Shown here piece after piece: positions 1-10,710 of a stretch of 64,000 nucleotides of DNA (positions are counted from its first letter, which is position 1; the number at the start of each line of letters is the position of its first letter). This stretch comes from a virus (Duplodnaviria > Heunggongvirae > Uroviricota > Caudoviricetes), in the IMG/VR virus record IMGVR_UViG_2778261035_000005. One strand, written 5' to 3'. The translations under genes and the position numbers were made by a program. The notes under the pieces were generated by a model that saw only the letters and a program-made list of their open reading frames with translations, had not been told where the DNA came from and did not search any database.

Positions 1-723
1 CCTAATGAAGCGTGTGGCTTTCTGGTTAGAACTAATGGCGACAAATATCGCTTTATGGAAGCGCGGAATGTTTCGGAGAACCCGCAGAACACTTTTGTAA
101 TGCACGTTGACGACATTATGGCGGCAGAGGATGCGGGTGATGTTATCGCAATCTGGCATTCACATACTGATGAATCAGCAGAAGCATCTTATGCCGATCG
201 TGCAGGCTGCGAAGCGACGGAAGTTCCGTGGATGATTCTGGCTATTCGCAAGAATGTTGAGGGAGATGCCCCTTTCCATTTTAGCGAGATGAATGTGATC
301 ACACCTGATGGTTTCGAAATGCCATACCTGGGCAGACCGTATGTATTTGGCGTATTTGATTGCTGGATGTTGTGTCGGGACTATTTGAAGCGTGAGTTTA
401 ACGTCGAACTAAACCCGAACGCACACCTGCATATTCCATCGTGGTACACCGGCGATAACGACATTCTCGATCAGAACTACCGAAACGAAGGATTGGTACG
501 GCTTGCGCCCGGAACAGAACCTCAACGTGGGGACGTCTTCTTTATCCAATACGGAAAAATGCCTGACCACTGTGCGGTTTATATCGGCGATGGAATGATT
601 CTTCATCACCAGATCGACCGCCTTAGTTGTCGTGCTTATTACGGCGGGATGTATCAGAAACATACGACGCATCACTTGCGTCACAGAGACTTGCTCAAGG
701 GAGATGAGACGTGTCTGAGTTAG
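1..723 (+). CDS. Tail assembly protein K-like (MPN/JAMM plus NlpC/P60 domains), 5-prime partial
   Basis: Frame is open from the window edge. HSHTDESAEASYAD fits the JAMM pattern H-x-H-x7-S-x2-D; a DCWML cysteine-peptidase-like motif follows. Sits immediately before I-like and J-like genes. Confidence 0.8.
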   Translation, partial: PNEACGFLVRTNGDKYRFMEARNVSENPQNTFVMHVDDIMAAEDAGDVIAIWHSHTDESAEASYADRAGCEATEVPWMILAIRKNVEGDAPFHFSEMNVITPDGFEMPYLGRPYVFGVFDCWMLCRDYLKREFNVELNPNAHLHIPSWYTGDNDILDQNYRNEGLVRLAPGTEPQRGDVFFIQYGKMPDHCAVYIGDGMILHHQIDRLSCRAYYGGMYQKHTTHHLRHRDLLKGDETCLS

Positions 724-1304
724 TTCATGTGCAGCTTGGCGGCCCTATGGCCAAACATTTTGGCCGCCACTGGCATCTAAAGGTGCGCAATACAAAACAG
801 GCTCTGGATTTAATTGAGGCCAACAAGCCAGGGTTTAAAGCATGGATGAAGCGCAACATCAAAACCTATGACAGATACCACATCCAGATCACCAATAAAC
901 AGGGCCACAAGTGGTCTGTGGACGAGAGTGAATATCAGATGATGGGGCAGTCTGACAACATTGCAAAAATCCGCATTACCCCTGTTCCGCGAGGGAGCGG
1001 CGGATCTGCTTTTGGGTGGTTTCAGACGGTAGTAGGGGCCGCTTTGTTGGTTGTATCGGCGGTAATGATGCCTGCTTTAGCACCTCTCGGTTTGTCACTG
1101 ATGATGGGCGGTATATCACAAATCATATCGCCGCAAGCCACTAACGAAAGTGTGAGGCAAGCGGATAATTCGAACTCATATTATTTCGACGGCCCTCAAA
1201 ATACAGAAAACCAGGGAAACCCAGTACAACTTATCTACGGCGAGGAAATTCTGGTTGGCTCACAGGTTGTGAGTTCTTCAATCACGATTGACCAGCTAAT
1301 GTAA
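711..1304 (+). CDS. Tail assembly protein I-like
   Basis: Position between K-like and J-like genes; 197 aa with hydrophobic C-terminal segment; GTG start at 711 after AAGGGAG; 13-bp overlap with the K gene. Confidence 0.6.
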   Translation: MSELVHVQLGGPMAKHFGRHWHLKVRNTKQALDLIEANKPGFKAWMKRNIKTYDRYHIQITNKQGHKWSVDESEYQMMGQSDNIAKIRITPVPRGSGGSAFGWFQTVVGAALLVVSAVMMPALAPLGLSLMMGGISQIISPQATNESVRQADNSNSYYFDGPQNTENQGNPVQLIYGEEILVGSQVVSSSITIDQLM

Positions 1305-1321
1305 ACAAGGATTTTTTGAAC

Positions 1322-4300
1322 ATGGAACAGTTCAAGAAGAAAAAGCTACCGCTGTTTATTGCCGGTGCGGGTGGTAAAAAAAGCAGCAAAAGCTCCAGCC
1401 GTACACCGGTTGAAGCCGACGATACCGTAAATTCTCGTGCAATGGCCGCTATCCTCGATCTTCTTGGGGAAGGGGTAATTGGCGGCTTAGTAAATGGCGC
1501 AAGATCTATTTTTATCGACGATCTGCCGATTGTAAATGAAGACGGTTCCTCCAACTTCAGCGGAATCACATGGGATTTTCGCGACGGTTCACAAGACCAG
1601 ACTCCAATGTCTGGCTTTGATTTCGTTGAAACGCCTAAATCCGTCAATATCCAGTTAAAAAAAACACATTATGTAACGGTTTCAATCGATAACGATGAAG
1701 CTGATCGGGTTCGTGTCATCATGAAGTTTCCTTCTTTGCGAAGCATAGATAAAAAAACTGGTGACACGAACGGTACGACTGTTGAGTACAAGTTCCAGAT
1801 AGCAAATGGCGACTCAACATTTGTAGATGTGGTCGCGGAAGGTGAAAAAAGCGTTGGCATTAAGCTAACAGCAAAGAAGACCAGCGTTTATTACCGTAGC
1901 TACGAGCTGAAGCTGCCTAAGCCTGGACGCGCATACAAGGTTCGTGTAGTCCGTATTACCGATGATAACAGTAGCCAGTATCTCTATAACGATACATGGG
2001 TGGATTCAATCGGGGAAATTGTCGATACACCGATGAACTATCCAAACTCTGTTTTAGTTGGATTGAAGGTAAACTCTGAGCAATTCGGCAGCACCATGCC
2101 ATCTCGCTCTTATCTGGTGCGTGGCCTAAAAATTCGAGTACCTTCAAACTATAACGAGTCCAGTAACACTTACGCTGGGGTATGGGATGGCACTTTTAAG
2201 CTGTTGTCTTCTTCGAACCCCGCGTGGATTCTCTTTGATTTGCTGACCAATGCTCGATATGGCCTTGGTCAGTATGTGTCGGAATCTATGATTGACCTTG
2301 GCCAGTTGTACCAGATTGGTCGATATTGTGACGAAGAGGTCGATGATGGCTTTGGTGGCAAAGAGAAACGCTTTGCAATCAATACGCAGATCACCAGTCG
2401 ACAGGACGCATACCGACTAATTCAGGATATTGCTGGAGCATTCCGCGGCATGGTGTTTTGGGCTGGTGGGATGGTTAACATCATGCAGGATAGCCCATCA
2501 GATCCGGTAATGATGTTTACCAACTCTAACGTCAAAGATGGATTGTTTACCTATAAAGGTTCTGCGCGTAAAGATCGCCCATCCGTTGCGCTCGTAACCT
2601 ACAACAACAAGGAGGACGGTTATAAGCAAAACATCGAGTACGTTGAAGATCAGGACGCAATGCGCCGTTATGGTGAGCGTAAGACAGAAGTCGTAGCATT
2701 TGGCTGTACAAGCCGAGGGCAGGCTCACCGAGTTGGTTTGTGGCTTTTATATACCGCCAGAATGGAGTCGGATGTAATTACATTTACTGCCGGCTTAGAC
2801 GCGTCATTTCTGATGCCTGGTGAAACCGTTCTGATTCAGAACAAATATCGCGCAGGCAAACGTAACTCAGGTCGAATTGTGGCGTTTACCAAAAACAGCG
2901 TCACACTCGATGCGCCGGTGTCGTTAGCCAAAGGCGGCTGCTTTATTCGAATACTGAATCAGGAAGGCAAAATCGTTGAACGCGATGTTCTTGAAACTGG
3001 CGAAAATATAACAAAAGTTACGTTTTCAAAATCCCTGTCTTCGGCTGAAACGCCTGTTTTGAACGGCGTCTGGACTATTACAGAACCAGACCTCGAACCT
3101 ATGCGCGTTCGCATCGTTAACATCGCGCAGGGGGAAACGCCGGGTAGCTTTGACATCACCGCTGTTGAGAACAATCCGTCTAAATATGAGGCGATCGACA
3201 ATGGTGCAACGCTTATCCCGCAAAATACGACGGTATTGGACCCGACTTACTCCAAGCCGTCTAATTTGCAAATCACCGAAGGGACTTATCTCTCAAGCCC
3301 TGGCAACCTGTCAGTAAAACTGACTGCAACATGGGAAGGGAAATCTCCAGAGTATTGGATCAGTTGGCGACGTTCTGATGAAAACAATGTATCGAACTGG
3401 CAATCGGCGCGTGTAACCGAAGAGCAATACGAAATCGTTAATGTTGCGGAGAATGGACGCTACGACTTCCAGCTGTATGCGGTTTCATTCAACGGTAAAA
3501 AAACAGAGATTATCAGTACCGTTTATCAGGTGCTGGGCACAATGACACCGCCAGATGCCCCAACGTCATTAACGGTCGTTGGAGACTATCGTAATGTGAT
3601 ACTGAATTGGGTTAATCCAGATTCGGTAGACCTTGATCACATTAATGTTTACGCATCCCAGACCAACAATCTGGATACGGCGAAACTGATCGCAGAGTCT
3701 GCAAGCACCACCTTTACACATGCTGGTCTTGGGGATAGCGAAACGTGGTATTACTGGGTTCGAGCATCGAACAAGCGAGGTATGTTAAGTCCTCCGAACT
3801 CAAACTTGGGTACAGAGGCGACAACTCGCGATGTACTGTCGTTCCTGACTGGCAAAATTACATCTTCCGAGCTTGGTCAGGCTCTGCTTGAGGACATCAA
3901 CAGCAAAGTCTCTCAAGAAGCAGTTGACGAGTTAAATGAGCATATCAACCAGAGCGTCGAATCTTTGGAGGGGTCGGTAAACGACGTTAAGGAAGATATA
4001 GCTGAATTAGATAAGCAGTTCAGCGATAACCTCGCGGATTTTGAAATAAAATTCAACGAGCGTAGCGATGCTTTGGAGAACGCACAAACCGAGCTTAAAG
4101 GTGAGGTTTCGGCAACGATCGACAAGGTCAATGAAGCGTTTGAAAAAATTGATGCTACTGATGCTGCAATTGTTGAAATCGAAAACACCGTATCTGAACA
4201 CGATAAAGCTCTCGCTAATACAGTCGAGGCAATAAAGGCTGCAAGAGATGAAGCGGCGGCTCTTATTGCTAAGGAAAGCGAGGCTCGTGTTGAAGGCGAT

Positions 4301-6049
4301 GCTGCAAACGCTAAACAATTGGAAGTGTTGCAGTCAACGGTAGAGGAAAGCTCCGCTGCCGTTGAAGAAATGAAAAAGACGGTTGCAGAGGTCGATCGTG
4401 CAAGTGCAGAACTGACTACGAACATTGAGGCTTTGGCCAAAACAAATATTGACCTGGCTCTTCGTCAAGATGAAGACCAGCACAAGCAGATGGTCAATAA
4501 CGCGAAGATCGCAACAACACAGAAAACCTTTGCTGATGATATGTCTGCAATGGCCACGAAGGTTGAGGAAATTCGCGTAGAAATTGGCGAAGACATTAAG
4601 GCCAGTATTCTGGAAGAGTCCACCGCTCGTGCCGATGGCGATGAAGCGTTGGCAAAGCGTGTCACTCAGCTGCAATCTAAGTTTGAAGGAGATATCAGCG
4701 CGGCGATTAGTACAGAGCAGGAGGCTCGTACATCTGCCGATGAAGCTCTGACGACACAGATCACTCAGCTTGAGTCGAAAGTAAGCAACGATATCGTCGC
4801 AGCTATTAAGGAAGAGCAAGAAGCCCGAGCAACGGAAGATTCGGCTCTGGCAAGCCAGATCACCCAACTTCAGGCAAAGGTTGATGATGATATTTCTGCT
4901 GCAATACGTAGTGAGCAGGAGGCCCGAGCAAGCGGGGACTCTGCGTTAGCCAAACAAATAAACCAGCTTCAGTCAAAGGTTGACGGTGATATATCCGCGG
5001 CCATCACTCAGGAGCAGGAGGCCAGAGCAAGTGCTGACCAGGCGCTCTCACGAGAAATTAACAGCCTGCGAGCACAAACCGGAACTGATATTGCCGCAGC
5101 GGTTGCTGTAGAGACAAAAGCAAGGACTGATGCCGATAGTGCATTGTCTACCCAGATTACGTCTCTTACAGCAAAAGCTAATGATCTCGAGGCGTCTCTT
5201 GCCAGAGAAACAACGGCTCGTGCAGATGGTGATACCGCTTTAACAAAAGAGGTTTCAAGTTTAAAAGCACAGACAGCGAAAGATATTAGTGCGGCCGTTG
5301 CAGTTGAAACGCAGGCTCGAACTGATGCTGACTCGGCGTTGTCGTCTCAGATCACCAAGCTGACCTCTCAATACAAAGAGGATATTAAAGCGGCTGTAGC
5401 AACCGAAACGAAAACGCGTACAGAGCAAGATGCTGCATTGGCGACTCAAATCACAAACTTAGAGTCTCAAACAGCAGCCAACATTTCTGCGGCGGTCACA
5501 ACTGAAACGACAGCGAGAACGCAGGCAGATAATGCTCTAAGTGGGCGAATCGATACTCTGAAAGCAGAGGTGGATGGAAATACCGCGACAATTCAACAGC
5601 AGGCAACAGCCATTGCTGATACCAACAAAAAAGTCTCAACCGCGTGGACGTTGAAAATGGAGACTTCAACGAGCGGAGGGCAGAAGTATGTTGCCGGTAT
5701 TGCGCTTGGTATCGACACCACCGGTCTTTCTCAGTTTTTGGTGCAGGCGGACAGATTTGGTTTGGTCAACTCTGTTAACGGGAAGATCACCACGCCATTT
5801 GTTATCGAAAACAGTATCGCCTATATGAATGGTGCGTATATCAAGGATGGCACAATCACCAATGCAAAAGTAGGCGATCTGCAATCTACCAATTTTGTTA
5901 GCGGTAGATCTGGATGGCGGTTCGGCAAAAATGGAACGCTTGAGATTAACGGTAATAGCGGCGGCAATGGGCGATTGGTCATAAATGGTCAGCGGATTGA
6001 CGTTTATGACGATAACAACGTCCTCCGAGTGAGAATTGGCCTTCTGTGA
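1322..6049 (+). CDS. Tip attachment / host specificity protein J-like (central tail fibre)
   Basis: About 1575 aa. N-terminus (FIAGAGGKKSSKSS...) resembles lambda J; long coiled-coil region with about ten tandem 33-aa repeats; distinct C-terminal domain. ATG at 1322 preferred over the TTG at 1316 in the ORF track. Confidence 0.85.
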   Translation: MEQFKKKKLPLFIAGAGGKKSSKSSSRTPVEADDTVNSRAMAAILDLLGEGVIGGLVNGARSIFIDDLPIVNEDGSSNFSGITWDFRDGSQDQTPMSGFDFVETPKSVNIQLKKTHYVTVSIDNDEADRVRVIMKFPSLRSIDKKTGDTNGTTVEYKFQIANGDSTFVDVVAEGEKSVGIKLTAKKTSVYYRSYELKLPKPGRAYKVRVVRITDDNSSQYLYNDTWVDSIGEIVDTPMNYPNSVLVGLKVNSEQFGSTMPSRSYLVRGLKIRVPSNYNESSNTYAGVWDGTFKLLSSSNPAWILFDLLTNARYGLGQYVSESMIDLGQLYQIGRYCDEEVDDGFGGKEKRFAINTQITSRQDAYRLIQDIAGAFRGMVFWAGGMVNIMQDSPSDPVMMFTNSNVKDGLFTYKGSARKDRPSVALVTYNNKEDGYKQNIEYVEDQDAMRRYGERKTEVVAFGCTSRGQAHRVGLWLLYTARMESDVITFTAGLDASFLMPGETVLIQNKYRAGKRNSGRIVAFTKNSVTLDAPVSLAKGGCFIRILNQEGKIVERDVLETGENITKVTFSKSLSSAETPVLNGVWTITEPDLEPMRVRIVNIAQGETPGSFDITAVENNPSKYEAIDNGATLIPQNTTVLDPTYSKPSNLQITEGTYLSSPGNLSVKLTATWEGKSPEYWISWRRSDENNVSNWQSARVTEEQYEIVNVAENGRYDFQLYAVSFNGKKTEIISTVYQVLGTMTPPDAPTSLTVVGDYRNVILNWVNPDSVDLDHINVYASQTNNLDTAKLIAESASTTFTHAGLGDSETWYYWVRASNKRGMLSPPNSNLGTEATTRDVLSFLTGKITSSELGQALLEDINSKVSQEAVDELNEHINQSVESLEGSVNDVKEDIAELDKQFSDNLADFEIKFNERSDALENAQTELKGEVSATIDKVNEAFEKIDATDAAIVEIENTVSEHDKALANTVEAIKAARDEAAALIAKESEARVEGDAANAKQLEVLQSTVEESSAAVEEMKKTVAEVDRASAELTTNIEALAKTNIDLALRQDEDQHKQMVNNAKIATTQKTFADDMSAMATKVEEIRVEIGEDIKASILEESTARADGDEALAKRVTQLQSKFEGDISAAISTEQEARTSADEALTTQITQLESKVSNDIVAAIKEEQEARATEDSALASQITQLQAKVDDDISAAIRSEQEARASGDSALAKQINQLQSKVDGDISAAITQEQEARASADQALSREINSLRAQTGTDIAAAVAVETKARTDADSALSTQITSLTAKANDLEASLARETTARADGDTALTKEVSSLKAQTAKDISAAVAVETQARTDADSALSSQITKLTSQYKEDIKAAVATETKTRTEQDAALATQITNLESQTAANISAAVTTETTARTQADNALSGRIDTLKAEVDGNTATIQQQATAIADTNKKVSTAWTLKMETSTSGGQKYVAGIALGIDTTGLSQFLVQADRFGLVNSVNGKITTPFVIENSIAYMNGAYIKDGTITNAKVGDLQSTNFVSGRSGWRFGKNGTLEINGNSGGNGRLVINGQRIDVYDDNNVLRVRIGLL
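4655..5635 (+). repeat. Tandem 99-bp (33-aa) coiled-coil repeats inside the J-like gene
   Basis: About ten successive units of the form DISAAI..EQEAR..AD.AL..QITQL.SKV read directly from the translation. Confidence 0.8.
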
Positions 6050-6142
6050 TAGTAGAAAAAAATATTTACATCGGTAAAAATAAGTAGGTACTTACTTTAT
6101 GGTGGGCAAGGATAGCCCACCAAATCAAGGAGCATATTCAAC

Positions 6143-9100
6143 ATGTGGTACAGGGAAGGTACTATCACATTTACACAGGGTAGCAATACCCTCGTTGGTG
6201 TTGGAACAGCCTGGAACGTAACAGCTAATGGTGTGTTGCCGGGCATGATCGTCATTGGCCCCGACAATAAGCTGTATGAGATCAAGCGCGTAACCAGTGA
6301 TACAAACATTGTTCTCTCAGAACCTTATACCGGCGAAACTCAGTCTGAAGTTCCGTGCCGAATCATTACGACCTATGAAGGTGACTTAACGCAGTTTAGC
6401 GCGCGCTTTACTGCACTAATGTCGCGTATGTCGGCTGATTCCAAGTCTATGCGCAGTTGGTTGACTGCTCTTGATGAGGTGACAATCGAGCGTGAAGACG
6501 GTACAGAAGTGACCGTTAAGCCGCTAATGCAGATCGTCAACGAGCACAACGAAAACGTTGAGTGGTATAAAAATAACACTGACGCGATTGATGCTGCTGG
6601 CGACAAAGCTCGTGAGGCGGCGGCCAGTGCTGCCGCAGCGGCAGAAAGCGCCAATACCGCTGGAGAAAAAGCATCTCAAGCGTCTCAAAGTGCATCCGCT
6701 GCGGCATCCTCACAAAGTGCTGCAAGTGCGAGTGCAACTGCTGCGAAAAGATCTGAAACGAACGCAGAGGCCGCCAAAGAAGCGGCAGCAGAATCAGCGT
6801 CTGTAGCATCGACCAAAGCATCGGAGGCTGCAATATCTGCGTCCAGTGCCTCTGCATCTAAGGATGCAGCCAAAGCATCAGAGACTAACGCTTCATCGAG
6901 TGCAAACGCGGCTGCATCATCGGCAACAGAAGCTGCAAATTCCTCTAAGGCAGCAAAAACGTCAGAGGCAAACGCAAAAGCATCTGAAACGGCAGCCGAA
7001 CAGAGTGCATCGTCTGCAAACAGTTCGAAATCTGCGGCAGAAGCGTCAGCAAGTGCAGCCTCAGCAAGTGCGGATAGTGCTTCATCAAGTGCAACAGCGG
7101 CAGGAAAATCTGCGGATAGCGCATTGTCATCCGCGACAACAGCTACCACAAAAGCGACAGAGGCGACGAGTCAGGCTACAGCTGCTAAAAATTCAGCATC
7201 GGCAGCAAAAACCTCTGAAACAAATGCAAAGACCTCAGAAGACAATGCTGCTTCCTCTAAGGCGGCAGCTGCTGAATCTGCAAGTTCTGCGTCTGCATCA
7301 GCCACCTCAGCATCCGCTTCAAAAGATGAGGCGACCAAGCAGGCATCAGCAGCGAAGAGCAGTGCTTCAACGGCATCCACGAAGGCAACAGAGGCGGCAG
7401 GCAGTGCGACAGCTGCATCTCAGAGCAAAACTGCTGCTGAATCCGCTGCGACCCGTGCGGAAGCTGCCGCTGATCGTGCTGAAGAGATTGCCGGTGCAGT
7501 TGCGATGGAAGACGCAAGCCTTACCACCAAAGGTGTTGTGAAACTTAGCAGTGCTGTCGACAGCACCAGTGAATCGCTGGCCGCAACGCCAAAAGCAGTT
7601 AAAGCAGCCAATGACAATGCGAATAGCAGGGTGCCATCTAACCGAAAAGTTAACGGTAAAGCACTGACTGCGGATATCACATTAACGCCGAAAGATATTG
7701 GTACTTTAAATTCAGTAACGATGTCTTTCTCTGGCGGGGCTGGGTGGTTCAAACTGGCTACGGTTACCATGCCACAAGCGAGTTCCATCGTTTACATCGC
7801 ATTGATTGGTGGCGCTGGTTACAACGTCGGCTCCCCACATCAGGCAGGCATTTCAGAACTGGTTCTACGAGCAGGCAATGGAAACCCCAAAGGGATTACA
7901 GGTGCTTTGTGGAAGCGTACAGCTGTCGGATTAACGAATTTCGCCTGGATCAACACATCCGGCGATACATATGATATTTACGTTGAGATTGGCAATTATG
8001 CGACGAGTGTAAATATCCATTGGGATTGTACTGCAAATGCGACAGTTTCTATTTATACATCGCCAACATATTCAGCGAGTAAGCCTTCCAGCGTTACCGA
8101 TGGTGTTGTTTATACGATGTATAGCACACATCAGAAACCGACGCCGTTAGATATTGGTGCACTGCCAACAACCGGAGGAACAGTTTCAGGTCCGTTGTCT
8201 GTTACTGGTGGGATCACCGGAACATTAAATGGTAATGCAAGTACAGCAACGAAATTACAGACGGCAAGATCTATCGGTGGAGTTGGTTTCGACGGTTCTG
8301 CCAATATTAATCTTCCAGGTGTAAACACTACGGGTAATCAGAACACCACTGGTAATGCCGCAACTGCTACAAAACTACAGACGGCAAGAACTATCGGCGG
8401 CGTGAGCTTTGATGGTACTGCAAATATTAATTTGCCAGGTGTTAATACGACTGGTAATCAGAATACAACAGGTAATGCGGCTACTGCTACGAAGTTGCAG
8501 ACTGCGCGTACTATTAATGGGGTGTCGTTTGACGGTTCGGCAAATATTTCCTTGTCACCAGCAAATATAGGTTGCCCAGCATCTCCTACTGGTTGGTTAA
8601 CTACAGGAAGTAATGGCGGAGCAATAACAACAGCCCAGTTAGTGACGTTATTGCAAAATAATGGAGCCTTTAACACAAAGTCATGGATTGCTCGATGTGC
8701 GTGGGCCTATGCCAATAGTGCAACCATACCAAATAGTGAAACTGGTTGTGGCGTTATTCCATTGGCAGGAGCTGTTATAGAGGTATTTAATAACGGTAGT
8801 AGCTCAAACAATTATACGATCCGTATAACAACGGCCACAACGACGAGTGTCTCTGGTGCTCTCACTAATGCGGAGTTTATCTATGTATTTAATGGCACAG
8901 ATTATTCTCCAGGATGGCGAAGAGTATATAACACGAAAAACAAACCAACAGCCTCTGATGTCGGTGCATTACCTCTTACCGGTGGTACATTATCTGGAGG
9001 TTTGACATCTTCTGGCGAGATCATTTCAAAATATGCAAATGGTTTCCGCATTGCTTACGGTAGCTTTGGGTTCTTTATCCGTAATGATGGGTCGAACACA

Positions 9101-10171
9101 TATTTCATGCTAACAGCATCAGGAGACACATTAGGTTCATGGAACGGTTTGCGACCGATTACAATTAACAATACCAGCGGTGCTGTATCAATTGGTAATG
9201 GACTAAATGTGACTGGTGGCGTAAATGGTAGTTTGAACGGTAATGCTTCAACAGCTACGAAGTTGCAAACAGCGAGAAACATCAATGGTGTTAAGTTTGA
9301 TGGCTCAGGCGATATCAACATTAATACATTGGTATCTCGTGGCCGAGTTACGGCGTTAAGCGGTTCTGCTCAAGGTACTGCTGGCATTCAAATGTACGAG
9401 GCGTACAGCAATAGCTACCCGACCACGTATGGCAACGTATTGCACATGAAAGGTGCGAGTGCTGCTGGTGAGGGCGAGTTGCTTATTGGCTGGAGTGGTA
9501 CGAGCGGTGCACATGCGCCGGTTTTCATTCGCTCCCGAAGAGATACCACTGATGCGGCATGGTCAGCGTGGGCGCAGGTATATACCGCTAAGGATTCAAT
9601 ACCTGGTGTGAATACAACCGGTAATCAGAACACTACTGGTAATGCTGCCACCGCCACAAAATTGCAGACAGCAAGGAAAATTGCTGGTGTGGCGTTTGAT
9701 GGCTCTGCCGATATTACTTTGACTGCGGCTAACCTTAATGCCTATACGAAAACAGAGGTAACAAACCTTCTAAGTTCCTATGTGAAGAGCAGTGCTCTTC
9801 CAAGTATGACTGTGCGAACTTCCTCTGTTTCAGGTGGGGATATGGGCATGAGTTTGTCCACATTCATTAGCCACCTAAAATCAAATGGGGCGTTTAGCAA
9901 AAGTTATTGGATTGGCTTTGGCGATGCTATGGGATTCAATGCTGGCAGTATCAACAATATAACGGGATTTGGTGCTGTAGAATTAGCAGAATCTATAATC
10001 GAAGTTTTTAATCTACCTAACGGTGATTATACAATTCGTTTAACAACGTCACATAAAGCTGACTACGGTGGAGTTACAAACGCAATCCTCGTTTATCACT
10101 ACCGTAGTAATAGAAGTCCGTCAGGTCAATGGCTGAAATTTGCAGGTACTGTTGGGGCAACAAGTAACTGA
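6143..10171 (+). CDS. Side tail fibre protein
   Basis: 1342 aa; Ala/Ser-rich low-complexity region (about nt 6590-7500); five copies of the tail-fibre repeat NGNASTATKLQTAR-I-GV-FDGS; ATG at 6143 preceded by AAGGA. Confidence 0.8.
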   Translation: MWYREGTITFTQGSNTLVGVGTAWNVTANGVLPGMIVIGPDNKLYEIKRVTSDTNIVLSEPYTGETQSEVPCRIITTYEGDLTQFSARFTALMSRMSADSKSMRSWLTALDEVTIEREDGTEVTVKPLMQIVNEHNENVEWYKNNTDAIDAAGDKAREAAASAAAAAESANTAGEKASQASQSASAAASSQSAASASATAAKRSETNAEAAKEAAAESASVASTKASEAAISASSASASKDAAKASETNASSSANAAASSATEAANSSKAAKTSEANAKASETAAEQSASSANSSKSAAEASASAASASADSASSSATAAGKSADSALSSATTATTKATEATSQATAAKNSASAAKTSETNAKTSEDNAASSKAAAAESASSASASATSASASKDEATKQASAAKSSASTASTKATEAAGSATAASQSKTAAESAATRAEAAADRAEEIAGAVAMEDASLTTKGVVKLSSAVDSTSESLAATPKAVKAANDNANSRVPSNRKVNGKALTADITLTPKDIGTLNSVTMSFSGGAGWFKLATVTMPQASSIVYIALIGGAGYNVGSPHQAGISELVLRAGNGNPKGITGALWKRTAVGLTNFAWINTSGDTYDIYVEIGNYATSVNIHWDCTANATVSIYTSPTYSASKPSSVTDGVVYTMYSTHQKPTPLDIGALPTTGGTVSGPLSVTGGITGTLNGNASTATKLQTARSIGGVGFDGSANINLPGVNTTGNQNTTGNAATATKLQTARTIGGVSFDGTANINLPGVNTTGNQNTTGNAATATKLQTARTINGVSFDGSANISLSPANIGCPASPTGWLTTGSNGGAITTAQLVTLLQNNGAFNTKSWIARCAWAYANSATIPNSETGCGVIPLAGAVIEVFNNGSSSNNYTIRITTATTTSVSGALTNAEFIYVFNGTDYSPGWRRVYNTKNKPTASDVGALPLTGGTLSGGLTSSGEIISKYANGFRIAYGSFGFFIRNDGSNTYFMLTASGDTLGSWNGLRPITINNTSGAVSIGNGLNVTGGVNGSLNGNASTATKLQTARNINGVKFDGSGDININTLVSRGRVTALSGSAQGTAGIQMYEAYSNSYPTTYGNVLHMKGASAAGEGELLIGWSGTSGAHAPVFIRSRRDTTDAAWSAWAQVYTAKDSIPGVNTTGNQNTTGNAATATKLQTARKIAGVAFDGSADITLTAANLNAYTKTEVTNLLSSYVKSSALPSMTVRTSSVSGGDMGMSLSTFISHLKSNGAFSKSYWIGFGDAMGFNAGSINNITGFGAVELAESIIEVFNLPNGDYTIRLTTSHKADYGGVTNAILVYHYRSNRSPSGQWLKFAGTVGATSN
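8229..8566 (+). repeat. Three tandem ~120-bp units inside the side tail fibre gene
   Basis: Near-identical units encoding GNAATATKLQTAR-IGGV-FDG-ANINLPGVNTTGNQNTT; further single copies near 9237 and 9639. Confidence 0.75.
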
Positions 10172-10373
10172 TTTAGACATTATTTATATGGCTGTGAGGT
10201 TTAAAATGCGATCTCACAGCCGCAATCATAGGGATATATTAGTGAGTTACTAGATACGAATTTGAACAGCCGTTAAACGGTATATACATAGATAGGTAAG
10301 TATATACCTATAATTGAAAGGAGAAGTGTGATATAAATCCGCCATCCCGATTTGACTTTTCATGGAGGAAAAC

Positions 10374-10697
10374 ATGTCGAACGAGATGGCGGGCGTTACA
10401 ACAGAGCAAGTTGAGCGTATAGCCGCGATCGTTGCTCGGGAGGTTGTTGGCAAATTAGGTAAAGAGCTACGTGAAGAAATTGGCCAGGAGGTCAATGATC
10501 AGCTGAAAACCTACTTTGGTGATATGACCCCGGCGCAACATAGTATTCAACACTCCAATCTGGACAAACTCCTTAACCGGTTAGATTCCATCTCAAGTGG
10601 GTTCTTTGGCGGCATTGTTTCTAAAATAACGTCGTTCATTATTACCGCACTGCTTTTGGGGTTAGCCGCGTATGGCGTAAAAAGTGGACTGCAATAA
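10374..10697 (+). CDS. Putative holin-like lysis protein
   Basis: Small protein with a single C-terminal transmembrane segment directly upstream of the lysis genes; GGAGG RBS before the ATG at 10374. Function is positional inference only. Confidence 0.3.
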   Translation: MSNEMAGVTTEQVERIAAIVAREVVGKLGKELREEIGQEVNDQLKTYFGDMTPAQHSIQHSNLDKLLNRLDSISSGFFGGIVSKITSFIITALLLGLAAYGVKSGLQ

Positions 10698-10710
10698 CAG
10701 GAGATCAAGG

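Noticed and set aside
6373-7788. Several antisense and alternative-frame ORFs (up to 231 aa) inside the side tail fibre gene
   Set aside because: They lie entirely within the Ala/Ser-rich low-complexity tract, whose GC-rich repetitive codons produce long open frames in every frame; products are low-complexity and lack starts with RBS.
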